Part shown: positions 1 to 11,536 of the stretch, one piece after another | Layout of the letters: every line of letters starts with the position of its first letter | Position numbering within the stretch: the first letter of the stretch is position 1 | Source of the DNA: Nemertoderma westbladi | Lineage: Eukaryota; Animalia; Xenacoelomorpha | DNA: 64,000 nt | Assembly: GCA_032718475.1 (NCBI GenBank) | Contig: JAUCBJ010008354.1 | Span: forward strand, 1 to 64,000 | Reading direction: 5' to 3' | Notes under the pieces: generated by a model | Databases searched by the model: none | What the model saw: the letters and a program-made list of their open reading frames with translations, nothing else | What the model was told of the DNA's origin: nothing | Program-made: the position numbers and the translations under genes

Positions 1-1
1 G

Positions 2-3000
2 CGTTTTCTAGAAATCTTACCATCCTCGGTTAGTATAGTTCTAACAACTTTGAGTGGTCTTTCACTGGAACAAATGGGTGATGTTGCTGATAAAATGATT
101 GAGCAACAGGATTCCCAATCGTCAACTAGTTTATCCGCACCAATCCATCATCAGACTGAAATCAACATGCTCCAGGAGTCGCAAAAGATCCTTGTCCAAT
201 CTCAGAAGTCACTCGCTGATCAAATTTCGCAGATAAACACGCAACTAAGAGACCTCTCAACACGCCGAGATGGAGATCGTTCCCGTTCTCGATACAACTC
301 ATCACGCTCTGGTTCTCGTTCAGCAACACCTCATCGTCAGCGCTCACATTCTCGCTCCCAATCTCGAGAATACAACCCAAATGGAGCCTGGTGTTACTAC
401 CATTACACTTATGGCAGAGAAGCATCCACGTGTCGACCGCCCTGTTCATGGCGCAATCTAACAAACCGACGTTGTGGAAATCCAGGTAACTCTGACAGTA
501 ATAATGAAAACAATAATACCGGTGGTAGTGATATTTGTAATATTCACGTAGAAGCTTTACCGGTAGGAGAATTTCTAATTGATTCTGGCAGTGGTTATTC
601 TATATTACCCCAGAAATTCCAATCCCTTCTGAAAAATAAATCCCAGAATAATGTCCTGTTGAAAGCAGCTAATTATTCTGAAATACGAAATTATGGGAGC
701 GGAATACTTGAATTTTATATTCCAACCCTTAGAAAGGAACCATTTACTTGGAATTTTATAGTGGCAGACGTAACACAACCCATTCTTGGAATTGATTTTC
801 TCCGACACAATAATATCAATATTGATTGTGCGAGTAAACAAATATATTTCAAAACTCCAATGAAAATGTCGATTCAAAACGAAAACAATAAACCCAATAA
901 AAAACAAGAACAACCCTCAAAAATCAGCAACCAGAATCAATCCAACTTTATCTACAGTACGACTTCTAACATGACCAGAACCCCACATATATTTTCAGTA
1001 ACTGGTGGCAGGAATTATCGTTTAAAGCTAATAGTGATGATTTTAATGATTCTCTCTATTTTTTACCCTTTAGCATATTGTGTTAGCAAGTTACCGTTAT
1101 CCATATTTGCCTTACCTTTCTTCTTTATATTTGGTACTGGTGCGATATTAGGTTTAACATTGGATTGTTTTACAATTGGTGATGAACTATTTGGTTATGC
1201 AGGACCGCCCAAAGTAGACATTAGTAGTAAATCGTCTGATTTTTGGTTTCCAATTTCAACTGTTTCAAGTAAGGAAATTAATAAGGAAATTTCAAGAGTT
1301 AACTTAATCAATTCAAATACCAAAACAAGGTTAAATAAATTGTTAAATAAGTATGATACTGTTTTCTCTCTGAGATGTAAAAACGAACCAGTAAAACATA
1401 ATATAGAACACCATATAATCACTAGCGGACCTCCGTGTTTTTCTAGACCGCGTAGATTATTTGGTGAAAAATTAACCGCCGCAACTTCCGATTTTAATAA
1501 TTTAGTTAAAAATAGCATTGCAGAACGCAGCGATTCGCCATGGTGTTCTCCGTTGCACATGGTACCAAAATCTGATGGTACTTGGAGAAATTGTGGTGAT
1601 TATCGTCGCTTAAATCGGCAAACTATTTATGACTGCTATCCTATGCCAAACATAGCAGACATAAGCAATAACTTTAGGGGCTGCACCGTCTTTACAAAAA
1701 TAGATCTCGAAAAAGCTTTTTACCAAATTCCTATGGCGGATGATGACGTAAAAAAAACTGCTATTACTACACCTTTTGGTATGTTTTGTTTTAAAAGAAT
1801 GCCTTTTGGTCTCAAAAACGCAAGCCAAACCTTTCAACGATTAATAGATACTGCTCTTTCAGGTTTACCTTTTGCTGTGGGTTACATTGACGATATATTA
1901 ATCGCAAGCCCAAACGAAGAACAACATTTTAAGGACCTGGAGGCAGTACTAAAACGATTTGAGAGTTACGGTTTGAAAGCCAAAATATCAAAGTGTTCAT
2001 ATTTTCAAACTGAAGTGCAATTTTTAGGTTACGTGATATCTAAAAATGGCGTTTCCCCAAATCCATCCAAAATTCAAGCGATAAAAGAAGTACCACAACC
2101 CAAATCTATTTCTTCATTGCGTCGATTTTTAGGAATGTGTGGATTTTACCACCGATTCATACCAAATTTTTCATTGATAGCTGCACCACTCACCGACCTC
2201 ACTAGAAAAATAAATAAGTCCAAAAACGAAAATTTTGAACTTACTTTAGATGCGCAACTTGCCTTTAGCAATTTACAAAGTGCTTTAGAAAAGTCAATAA
2301 CTCTGTCTTTCCCTTTGAAAGGAGCACCTCTAAGTATAACAACAGATGCTTCTTCCATTGCGTTAGGTGCAGTTATTCATCAGTTGGTTAACGGGAGAGC
2401 AGAGCCATTAGCTTTCTATTCTAGAAAATTAACAGCAGCAGAATCAAAAAAATCAGCTTTTGATCGAGAACTTCTTGGAATTTATGCAGCATTAAAACAA
2501 CACGATTGGTTACTTGGCCAAGAAATAACAATTTTTACAGACCATAAACCTCTTGTGCATAGTTTAACAATGAAAAATCCTTCGCCACAACAATCTAGAT
2601 GGTTATCCTACATTTCAGAGTTCACAAGTAAGATTGAACATGTTTCTGGTTCCGATAATATTGTGGCTGACGCCCTTTCTCGTCCTATATGTGCCATTTC
2701 ATTCGACAATTTGGAAGAATTAGCCGACGCACAATCAGCTGATAGTGACTTACAATCATTTTTCCGCTCAACTAATTTACCTTTGAAAAGAGTGAAAGTT
2801 CTTGGCGACAAAGAGGTAGTTTACGATGACTCTACGCCCCATCTAAGACCATATATTCCGATGACATTAAGACGCCAAATTTTTGACAGTATTCACAATT
2901 TATCCCATCCAGGTCCCAAAGAATCGTCACATTTAGTTACCGCTCGTTTTATATGGCCAGGTGTTAAAAAGCAGGTAAAAGTTTGGGCTAACGAATGTCA

Positions 3001-3904
3001 GCATTGCCAAACTTGTAAAATTACACGCCATATTAAAACTCCAATAGACACAATACCTACTTCATCTAGGTTAGACACCGTACATATAGATATCGTAGGT
3101 CCATTACCTCCATCCAATGGCTATAAATACTTATTCACAGCGGTAGATAGATACACCAGATGGCCCGAAGTAGTACCTTTAAGAAATATAACTGCAGATA
3201 CAGTAGCTACTGCTTTCTTAAATTCTTGGATAAGTCGATTCGGTATTCCCCGCAAAATAGTTACTGACCGTGGTTCACAATTTGAATCAGCTTTATTCTC
3301 CGCCCTGATTTCACAATTAGGAATTGATCGCGCACGTACTACTGCATATCACCCTTCCTGTAATGGCCTTGTCGAACGATTTCATAGGAGTCTTAAAGCA
3401 TCACTTAGGGCAAAATGTTGCAGTAGAACATGGTTTAGAGAACTACCTTTAGTGCTTTTAGGTTTGCGATCCGCAATAGGAGTACATGGATTTTCTCCGG
3501 CCCAATTGATGTACGGAACTGAATTACTCCTCCCAGGTCAATATTTTCTACCTGAATCAAATACCTTAGACCAAACGTTGCCCAATTTTGTTGAAAATTT
3601 ATTCCGTAAAGTTGATAAATTTAACCCACCAGAGAGAAAACATTTGACTAAATCATACATTCCACAATCGCTTGAGAATGCTACACACGTGTGGGTTCGA
3701 GATCCTATTAAGCGATCTTCACTAAATCCTTTATACAAAGGACCTTACGAAATAATTAGTAAAACAGCGAAAACAGTCAAAATTAAAATTCATAAAGGTG
3801 AAGAAACATTGTCTCTAGATAGAATAAAGCCTGTAGTGAAACCTCAAAAATTAGACGATCGCAATAATAATGTTATTAAGAAAACAGTAACTTTTAGGTT
3901 ATAG
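2..3904 (+). CDS. Ty3/Gypsy gag-pol polyprotein (Gypsy-1); frame is open from the window start
   Basis: Gag C-terminal knuckle WCYYHYTYGREASTCRPPC; protease FLIDSGS; RT motifs WCSPLHMVPK, CGDYRRLN, KIDLEKAFYQI, MPFGLKNA, YIDD; RNase H TTDAS and TDHKPL; integrase H..H/C..C zinc finger, HIDIVGP, TDRGSQF, VERFH; GPY motif. Order PR-RT-RH-IN. Confidence 0.95.
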   Translation, partial: RFLEILPSSVSIVLTTLSGLSLEQMGDVADKMIEQQDSQSSTSLSAPIHHQTEINMLQESQKILVQSQKSLADQISQINTQLRDLSTRRDGDRSRSRYNSSRSGSRSATPHRQRSHSRSQSREYNPNGAWCYYHYTYGREASTCRPPCSWRNLTNRRCGNPGNSDSNNENNNTGGSDICNIHVEALPVGEFLIDSGSGYSILPQKFQSLLKNKSQNNVLLKAANYSEIRNYGSGILEFYIPTLRKEPFTWNFIVADVTQPILGIDFLRHNNINIDCASKQIYFKTPMKMSIQNENNKPNKKQEQPSKISNQNQSNFIYSTTSNMTRTPHIFSVTGGRNYRLKLIVMILMILSIFYPLAYCVSKLPLSIFALPFFFIFGTGAILGLTLDCFTIGDELFGYAGPPKVDISSKSSDFWFPISTVSSKEINKEISRVNLINSNTKTRLNKLLNKYDTVFSLRCKNEPVKHNIEHHIITSGPPCFSRPRRLFGEKLTAATSDFNNLVKNSIAERSDSPWCSPLHMVPKSDGTWRNCGDYRRLNRQTIYDCYPMPNIADISNNFRGCTVFTKIDLEKAFYQIPMADDDVKKTAITTPFGMFCFKRMPFGLKNASQTFQRLIDTALSGLPFAVGYIDDILIASPNEEQHFKDLEAVLKRFESYGLKAKISKCSYFQTEVQFLGYVISKNGVSPNPSKIQAIKEVPQPKSISSLRRFLGMCGFYHRFIPNFSLIAAPLTDLTRKINKSKNENFELTLDAQLAFSNLQSALEKSITLSFPLKGAPLSITTDASSIALGAVIHQLVNGRAEPLAFYSRKLTAAESKKSAFDRELLGIYAALKQHDWLLGQEITIFTDHKPLVHSLTMKNPSPQQSRWLSYISEFTSKIEHVSGSDNIVADALSRPICAISFDNLEELADAQSADSDLQSFFRSTNLPLKRVKVLGDKEVVYDDSTPHLRPYIPMTLRRQIFDSIHNLSHPGPKESSHLVTARFIWPGVKKQVKVWANECQHCQTCKITRHIKTPIDTIPTSSRLDTVHIDIVGPLPPSNGYKYLFTAVDRYTRWPEVVPLRNITADTVATAFLNSWISRFGIPRKIVTDRGSQFESALFSALISQLGIDRARTTAYHPSCNGLVERFHRSLKASLRAKCCSRTWFRELPLVLLGLRSAIGVHGFSPAQLMYGTELLLPGQYFLPESNTLDQTLPNFVENLFRKVDKFNPPERKHLTKSYIPQSLENATHVWVRDPIKRSSLNPLYKGPYEIISKTAKTVKIKIHKGEETLSLDRIKPVVKPQKLDDRNNNVIKKTVTFRL

Positions 3905-4050
3905 TAATCAGTTATTTTTGAGTCTATTTCACTTTCAATCTCATTAGGTTCAGTCTTACTTTAATGAGCCTTTAATGATACTCTTGTTTATCTCATATTT
4001 AGTGTAAATATTTATTTAATAATGTGCTCCGCAATTAGGAAGGGGGGTCA

Positions 4051-4271
4051 TGTTAGAGTAACCAATATGTAATTTAATCAGATTAATTATATTGATTAAT
4101 TATAATATACAACTGATTAGTCAGCTGTGCAGTAGGAGATAATTGTATGTTACACAGCTGTGCAGTTAGAGGTAGTAGGACAGTATGCATAACGATGAAG
4201 AAGAATTAATTAATATATGAACTATAGTAAACTACAGAAATTGTTTTCTGATCCTGTGAGTAATCCTCACA
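4051..4271 (+). repeat. 3' LTR of Gypsy-1, preceded by polypurine tract AGGAAGGGGGG (4037-4047)
   Basis: TGT...ACA termini after the PPT. Sequence from 4272 resumes homology with family-A internal sequence at about 37729, which fixes the right boundary. The 5' LTR is outside the window. Confidence 0.75.
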
Positions 4272-4681
4272 GCCCTATTGAATAGCATAAAGAATAAATA
4301 GCACACTGCTAGTATCCAAAGATACCCAATAATAACGTGACATTCTGGAAGGCACTTGACTAACGTACAAATGGCCCGAATGTGTGCGGTTTGTGACAGT
4401 TACTACTAAAGTGTGTTTACAGTAGCGAGTCGCAATTGTGAAAGTAGCCCTAACTCTCCAGTAAGAACCTGAAGTAAATCTAAGCCTTTGGGATGGACGG
4501 TGGAGTGACTCGCGCTGGTTGTTGTGGTCGTTGTGCAGCTACTACGTTGGCGATAGGCACATCAGCGAAAGTACACCAGCGCTGAGGATCTTGCGCTGTC
4601 TGGGGGCCGAGAGGGGTAGGCAGCGACGCCCGCTAGCCTAATTATAACTAATTATAATATTGATAAACTCATATAGCAGCT

Positions 4682-6136
4682 ATGCCTGAGTTGATAGAAG
4701 ATGATCTTAGTATCAGGGAGAAATATACTCTACCGTTACAAGCGTTTATTGATAGCTTGATACGCAGCGACGCTAGTCCAACTATTACGGAGGACGATGG
4801 TCATTATATCGAACCGCCGATGTCCCAGGAGCAACTTATGTGTGAATTGGACTATCGAAAATTCACTGCTCGCTATACGCATCGTAATGGTACGCATATG
4901 GACTTCTTAACTACTGGTCATCCTATCGATTTACACGATACGGACAATGTAGACACCGAAAGGGAAATGGTTTTATTTAAATATCATACCCAGCGGAGTC
5001 GGAACGATAAACCGAGAATAGAACACGAGAATTCTATTCGGAACTGACTCGAAAGAGAAGATGTTAAAGAACCGGATAAACGTGGTAACTCCAATGTATA
5101 TTTGGAATTCTTGAGAGAAATATTGTCAAACCGAATAAATATCACCCGCGTTTCCCCTACAAGACGTGCGTCTTTGGTATTTTTGCGATGAATGCCCAAG
5201 ACCCAACCAACAAATGGAAAGACATAAACATCCGCGGAGACGTTGCTCTAAACACAGTTTTACTCGCTATATTTACGGGAGTTTCGAGCGAAACTTGTTC
5301 GATGTATCACCTACGCTCGCTCGACTCAAACGATCCTTAAATAAACCTATGATCAGAGTTCCGGAATACTCAGTCAGACCTCCTCATTCCCTAGTTAGAC
5401 CTCAGACTCTTGATCCTAATAGTATCACGGATCCTCCCGAACTGTACTCACTGTTCAAAGATCTAGTGGTACCCGAACAGTTAGACAGTAGTCGGTGGCA
5501 CTCCGGTTGTGGGCTCCCTAGATATTCGCCCATCTTACCTCGCCGGATTGGGACGCGGACATCTAATATCGCCATTCAACCGTATCATTGTTTAGAGAAA
5601 CGTAAATTGCAGCAGCAAGTCCAAGCGGTAAGCGAATTAACTTTATCTCAGTTCGATCAGGAAATCCAGAATCTCTAAGAAGATATCGAACTTGGGCGAC
5701 CCTACTCTCTAAAAGAGTTTTAGACGAATGCTTCCAACAACAAGCGGAGGAAAATCAGCTCGAGGAGAAGCATACCGATTCCGATAGAGCCCGAGAACGC
5801 GAGTTGAAAAGAATCATCAAACCGAGGAAATTTCTCACTACACACGGTCCACCTACCGCTTTCGTGTAAACGACCCGTCAGGGACCAGTAAGAGCAGCTG
5901 TCTTAAAATGCGCTCTCAAGGTTGTTCGACCTCGTTCCACTGAGGTTGATATCGATCAACCAGGTACCTCGACCGGCGGATACACCGACTGTAATCCTAA
6001 ACCTTCCGATGCAATTGTATTACACCCTTCACCTAGGAGTTATAGCCCTCCTAGTAAAGTGGCTCGCCCCAAAGAGAAAAGGACTCTTGCTAGCCTCAAA
6101 AAACTGCGTAAACGCCGTCCGCGCAAGAAAGACTAA
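4682..6136 (+). pseudogene. Family A accessory ORF downstream of pol (about 490 aa, disrupted), function unknown
   Basis: Fragments MPELIEDD..., RLWYFCDECPRP..., ...LKKLRKRRPRKKD* join through stops and frameshifts. Homolog at 38171-39673 has mostly different lesions. Confidence 0.7.
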
Positions 6137-6214
6137 CTGTTTAGAGTATTTATATATTTTAGAAACTGTATTTTTTTATATTTTATAGAATTAAATCCCA
6201 TTTTCTGGGAGCGG

Positions 6215-7383
6215 TGTAAAGGCTTTTGCGGATCTAGCTAGTCATTTTCCCCGCAAAGTACTCTGTAGGTGTTTTAGTGGACATAAAAAGCCGTTTTCTT
6301 ACTGTGTAGGTGTTTTAGTGGACATAAAAAGCCATTTTTCTGTATGTGTACTTTAGCGGACATAACTAGCGATTTTATGCCGCAATACGCCAAAATACTC
6401 TTGATACAGTGTAGTTCAGATGACGACATCTATCAGCTGATATGTACACGTGTAATTTTTCCCTTGTTCTTTGTTCGGTCGACCAATCAGAGCGATTTTC
6501 TTTGTGTTGGACAGTGCATATAGAAACTCACACAATTCAGTCAGTGTGTATCTTTCTAAGCCCAGAACACCGGCTTAGGATTCTTCTGTACTTCTGTGGA
6601 AGTTTCAGACTTTAGCCAAACATTAGTAGGCTTTGATCATAGAAACGTATAACTGTTATCAAACCAAAACATATTGTTACAAATCATATTGTCACCTACA
6701 AACACCGCATTTTTACTGCTATTTACTGTCGGTTATTAATTATATCAGTTGATGGAATATTATTATATTTGGATAATATCGATAAATAATCATAAAACCC
6801 CAATCTTCTTGATATACTGAAGGTAAGAGACAGGTTACATATAGCAATTGCGACTTACATTAAAGTGGTTTTGGAGTGAATCTAATGCTATTTCATAGGC
6901 ACTACATGTGTCGGTTGCTGTTCTCTTTATATGTGACTAAAATTAGTGAAGGTCGGCAGATCGGTGTGCAGCATTGTGCGGTAGTGTGCATGATTGTGAC
7001 AGATAACAAAGCATCTCCTAAAGAATGCGCTTTATATGTGAATCAATAGCCATCCTGTTGTGATTAGTGTAAGTCATAACTCTGTTTACATACTTAGAGC
7101 GCCACGTCCTAAAGGAACTGTTAATATTTCCCGAAAGTGAATAATATTGGTCAGAGATTATATATTAGCGATCAATCGAATAATACAGTAGGCCTACACC
7201 GCAATAAGGTCAGAGCTTCCGAATCCAGTCTCCCGGGTATATCCAGCGGGTGAATGGTCGCGCATAGGCTGGCTTCGGCTAATGTAGTGTATCAAATACT
7301 CGTCATAGGCTAAAGTCGATTTATAATCTAGAAGACACCTAAATTTGGCAGGTTAAACTGCTAAAGGTCTGAAAGCGTGAACA
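6215..7383 (+). repeat. 3' LTR of A1
   Basis: TGTAAAGGCTTTTGCGG...GAAAGCGTGAACA. The same termini recur at 39764-40964, 47909-49063 and 55789-56968. Preceded by the short purine tract GGGAGCGG. Confidence 0.9.
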
Positions 7384-8317
7384 CAGAGGCCTACGGAAAA
7401 CCGCGCAATGCATTACGGTCTTTGTTTACCTTTCTGAGCGAGAACAACTGCTTGGAAATTCTTCTGCACTTCTGTGTTAGAAGTTTCAGACTTTGGCCAA
7501 CATTAGACGACTTTGATTACAAGAACGTAAATCTATTATCTGAATAACACCTGGCCCTCTGCACTGTGCAACTGTGCAACAAACCAAACTACGGTCACAC
7601 ATCTGACCTTAAACATTGCTGTATAATAAAACTGCATTATTTTACTGTCGGTTATTAATTGTTATATGTTGGTGTATATTGCTGATATATTTGGAGAATA
7701 CCGATGAATAATCATAAAACCCTCAATCTTCTTGATTACTAAAGGTTAGAGGAACAGGTTTACCAGTAGCAACTGCGACTTACAATATAGTGGTTTTAGT
7801 GTGCATTAAATGCTATTTCATAATCCCTACATGTGTCAGTTGCTATCCTCCTTATACAGTTATATATGGTTAAATTCAGTGACGGTCGGCAGATCAGTGT
7901 GCAGCAGTGTGAAGTCGTATGCAGCAGTGTGACAGATAATAAAGCATCTCTTAAAGAATGCGCTATTTATGAAAATCAGTAGCCATCTCGTTATGTTTAG
8001 TATAAGTCATAACTCTGTTTTATACTTAAAGCGCCACGTCGTAAAGGAACTGTTAATATTTCCCCGAAAGTGAATAATATTGTCAGAGATTATATAGTAA
8101 CGATCAATCGAATAATACAGTAGGTCTGCAACGCAATAAGGTCAAAGCATCCGAATCCAGTCTCCCTTAACTGTGGGTGAATGATCGCGCATAGACTGGC
8201 TTTGGCTAATGTTACTTAATGTGCACTAAATAATTGTTATAGGCTAAAGTCGATTTATAAACAAGAGGACACCTAAAATTGGCAGGTTAAACTGCTAAAG
8301 GTCTGAAAGCACGAACA
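7384..8317 (+). repeat. 5' LTR of A2 (right part)
   Basis: Matches 40031-40964; ends GAAAGCACGAACA. Confidence 0.9.
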
Positions 8318-8328
8318 ATAATAGATTT
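8318..8328 (+). promoter_or_regulatory. Self-complementary primer-binding site of A2 (ATAATAGATTT)
   Basis: Abuts the 5' LTR; exact reverse complement of AAATCTATTAT at 7529-7539 in the same LTR. Confidence 0.8.
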
Positions 8329-8644
8329 TTAGATTCTTTATTGCACCGTAGGCAATAAAGTCGAAGGTACCGGTCGAACGGTAAGCTGTAGGCCTAACTG
8401 CCCAACTGCCCGAACCGGTACTTACAGGTACAACAGTATTATTCGATTTTGATAATTATATACCGGTAGGTCTTGATATTTAATCAGGGACTGCAGCCCT
8501 GGTTTTTTATTGGGATTTTACTTATTTCTGTCAGTTTTATTTATTTGTAAGTGTAATATTGAGCAGAAGGCGTGTAAGCCTGCTCAGATTGTATAAATAA
8601 TTTGTAGGCTAGATTGTTGTCTGACTGTTGTTAAGTCTGAAGAG

Positions 8645-9182
8645 TGTGACGGGATCCAAGAGGGATCCCGATTTATCCGGTTGTGGTAATTTAGTCCACG
8701 CGTCCCCGCCGTGTATAAGGATGAAATAAAGTGACTGAGTTCTGAAGTTCGGTGTATAATAGGAGGTTATAAGATATAGATATATTGTGAATGTGTACAA
8801 GGCGGGATACGGTAACTAAAGTCCCGTGATCCCCTAACTAAACTAATTGGCTGTACCCTACGCTAGCACTGCTGCACTGAGATAACTGAATCACTGATTA
8901 ATAGGTTATTGGTTATATTGCACGGTGGCCTTACTGCTACTCAATCGATGCCATTCCCCCCTCTGATTGCTTAATACCCTTGTTGGCGCCCCGTGGAGTA
9001 TTCCCGTTCACTCCACCTGTTCTCCTTGGGTTAGGGGTTTGGCCCCTGACCCTCTATTGTGTGCTTCCTTCCCACTCTTATTGGGAAGGCACGAGTTGGT
9101 TAATTGCCCAATCTCGTGGCTCCCAATATTGCTTATCGGCTAATAACTTTATGGGGTGTTGGCGGGATTGAATAAGCTAACA
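8645..9182 (-). repeat. 3' LTR of B1
   Basis: TG...CA termini; direct repeat of 21585-22122; adjacent PPT. Confidence 0.95.
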
Positions 9183-9888
9183 CTCCCCCCCATGCTATCT
9201 TCCCGGTAAGAAGATAGCATCAACCAAAAAAGTGCGCTACAATCCCGCTGGATCCCGATCTAGTATCGGGTGTGGGGTGGAATTCTTTTCTCTTGGAGCC
9301 GGCTTTCCAGGCCGCCCCCTATGGGTATGATAACGCTACCCTGTGTGCCTGGCGTCTCATGTCGGGCCGGTCGCGCTCACCTCCCACGCAACTTTTGTTT
9401 CCCCAACATTTTCGCCCTATCTCACCTTCACTCTCACCCTGACTCTCTCATACTCCCGGACCTCCTCGTCCCTTACTCAGCCTCTTATTCTCCCCCCCCA
9501 CACTAGAATTGCGTTCGCACTCTCTCCGCACTTCACACTCTTATTCCGATTCTCAAGTCCACTCTGACTGTTTTATCTCTCCTGACGAACCTCCCCCCCC
9601 TCTCGTGCCGCCGCACTCAAGAAGTGTGAAATTGTCAGTTGTCTCGTCCATAGTGCCATAGTCAATTGTCCCCCAGTCCCAGTAGCTAATTGAGAAAGGT
9701 TGTATGACTATAGTACTTACTCCAAACGTATGTATTTTATTGCTAATCACTACGTACGTACATACGAATTGCACTTATATGGTTATTTGCATTAATTAAA
9801 TTTATATTTAATAGTTCGTACGTTACATGCGGCGCCTTCCAGGCGCACCACGTCCCAGTCTCATTCTCATTCCCTTGCCTCCGGGAAC

Positions 9889-11536
9889 TTATCTGTACCT
9901 CCTCACGTCCTCCTCCCTGGCCCGTTTCTTGGTTATCACCGCTCCTCTGGCATCATCCGCTTTCTGCTTCCGGACCTTTGCTGCCACTTCCTTGCTGATC
10001 CCGGTCGTCTGCTCCTTGGGCGCTGGTGTTATTAAAGCCCGATACCGCTTCGCCGGTGGCCCCTCAGAATGGCCTGGTTGTTTCCCTCGTGTGGCGTCCC
10101 ATAGGATCATCTTCATTGCCTTTGGTACGTGTTCCGCCAAGAAATCCCTAAACTCCCTCCGGTTCTCTGGTGTCCACCTGTCTAGGTACCGTTGCGTGTT
10201 CATAACTCCGGCGAACGATGCCGCCGTAGCTACCTCTTGATAGGTAAACGGTAACCTTCGCTTTATGATTTCCATGTGGGTCTCCTGGTTTATGAGGAAG
10301 AAACCCCACTTGAACTCTTGGGCCTTCATGCGCTGGCGCGTCATGGCCCCGACGTCGGCCCACTCCTCGAACCTCGTGAACTTCTCCTCGTCGCTCATCC
10401 AGTCGCACTCGCGTCCGTAGTGTCCCCGAAAGTGGCACTTTGGACATCGGTTATGCAACCGTGGACACGCCCATCCTGTGACTTGGTTCTCTACAATAGA
10501 GACAAAAGGTTCCCCGTTGGAACCGGTATAGGCAGCTGCTTTCCTGATGGGTCTGTCTCCCACAGTAGTCGCAGCCGAGTACCAATGTCTCGCGTCCCAC
10601 CTCGTCCTTCGTCCCAAGCGATCTCCGCGGTCTGTGGAGTCGCTGGTAGGCGAACTTCTCTACGTTGCTCTCCCTGTTTACGTCTATCTCTCCGCCCCTC
10701 TCGGGCATCGTCTCCCCGAATACTATCCGTGGTGCCGTCCCCGGTTGCTCGCCCAACCTGATGGTGCTCCCCGCGAAATCCATCGCCGGCCCCTCATGCA
10801 CCCAGGTCCGCTTGCCGGATCTGTTCCAGAAGGCCCTCGCCCCACTGGCCGTCACCACCCTTCCGCCAACCCAGTCCGTGTCCGAGTGGCCTATCCTCTC
10901 GATGGGCGGCATCTCTCCAAACTCGTCGTCGTCGTCTTCCTCTTCTGGTAGTGTCTCCAACCCCGGTATCCCGATGGATCCACTATGTCCCTTCCCGCCT
11001 TGGCTTTCGCCCGTAGCTCTCCATCCCTCTAGCTCCCTTAGCTTCCTTGGCGGTTGGTCGCCCTCGGCGCCCGCTGGTATGGGCATCGTTTGCAACCCCG
11101 ACGTCGACTGTTTCGGCGATCCCACCGTCCATCCCAATTCTCGCCCTAGAGACTCCCCCGAACTCCCTGACGAAGTCCAATGAAGTTCGTCTAGACCCGC
11201 CTGTTCCTCGAAGCCATAACTCTGTGTCCTGGCCTCCTCTTCCCTCTCCTCTGCTTCTATCCTCTCCCGTCTAGCGACTTCTTCCAGTCGCTTTGCTTCC
11301 CGTCTATCCATCTCTAGCTGCTCCCATCTCTGATACGGTGTATCCGTCTCCCCATCTACCAGATGTCGGCTGTTGTAGTACACCGACTCGCCCTTCAGCC
11401 CCGGGTGGTCTACCAGACCGTCAAAGGCCGTCTTAAAGGCTCTCCTGTAGCTTAGGGGTGATCCCGATAACAGAAATGCCCCTGGTTCTCTTTCGATAAC
11501 TACGGTCATGAATAAGTTAAGTAAACTTATCATCAT
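9889..11536 (-). CDS. B1 accessory ORF downstream of pol: triple CCHC zinc-knuckle protein, one frameshift near 10470
   Basis: ORF 10451-11536 carries CDYCGRQTHQESSC and CLYCREPSHRM; the overlapping ORF 9889-10617 continues ACPRLHNRCPKCHFRGHYGREC. Confidence 0.7.

Larger units (their letters stand above)
4272..7383 (+). mobile_element. BEL/Pao family A copy A1, 3' part (accessory ORF plus 3' LTR)
   Basis: Colinear with 37729-40964 of copy A2; interrupted on the left by Gypsy-1. Confidence 0.85.

Noticed and set aside
8279-8290. TTGGCAGG near the LTR A end as a tRNA PBS
   Set aside because: Also present in both 3' LTRs, about 38 nt before the terminal CA, so it is part of U5.
8640-8662. TSD AAGAG equals the loop of the B1 terminal hairpin (guided insertion?)
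   Set aside because: A 5-nt match; B2 has loop ATGAA but flank GCCGA, so it is probably coincidence.
8609-9171. Small ORFs duplicated at 21522-22111
   Set aside because: Duplicated only because they lie in the identical LTRs.
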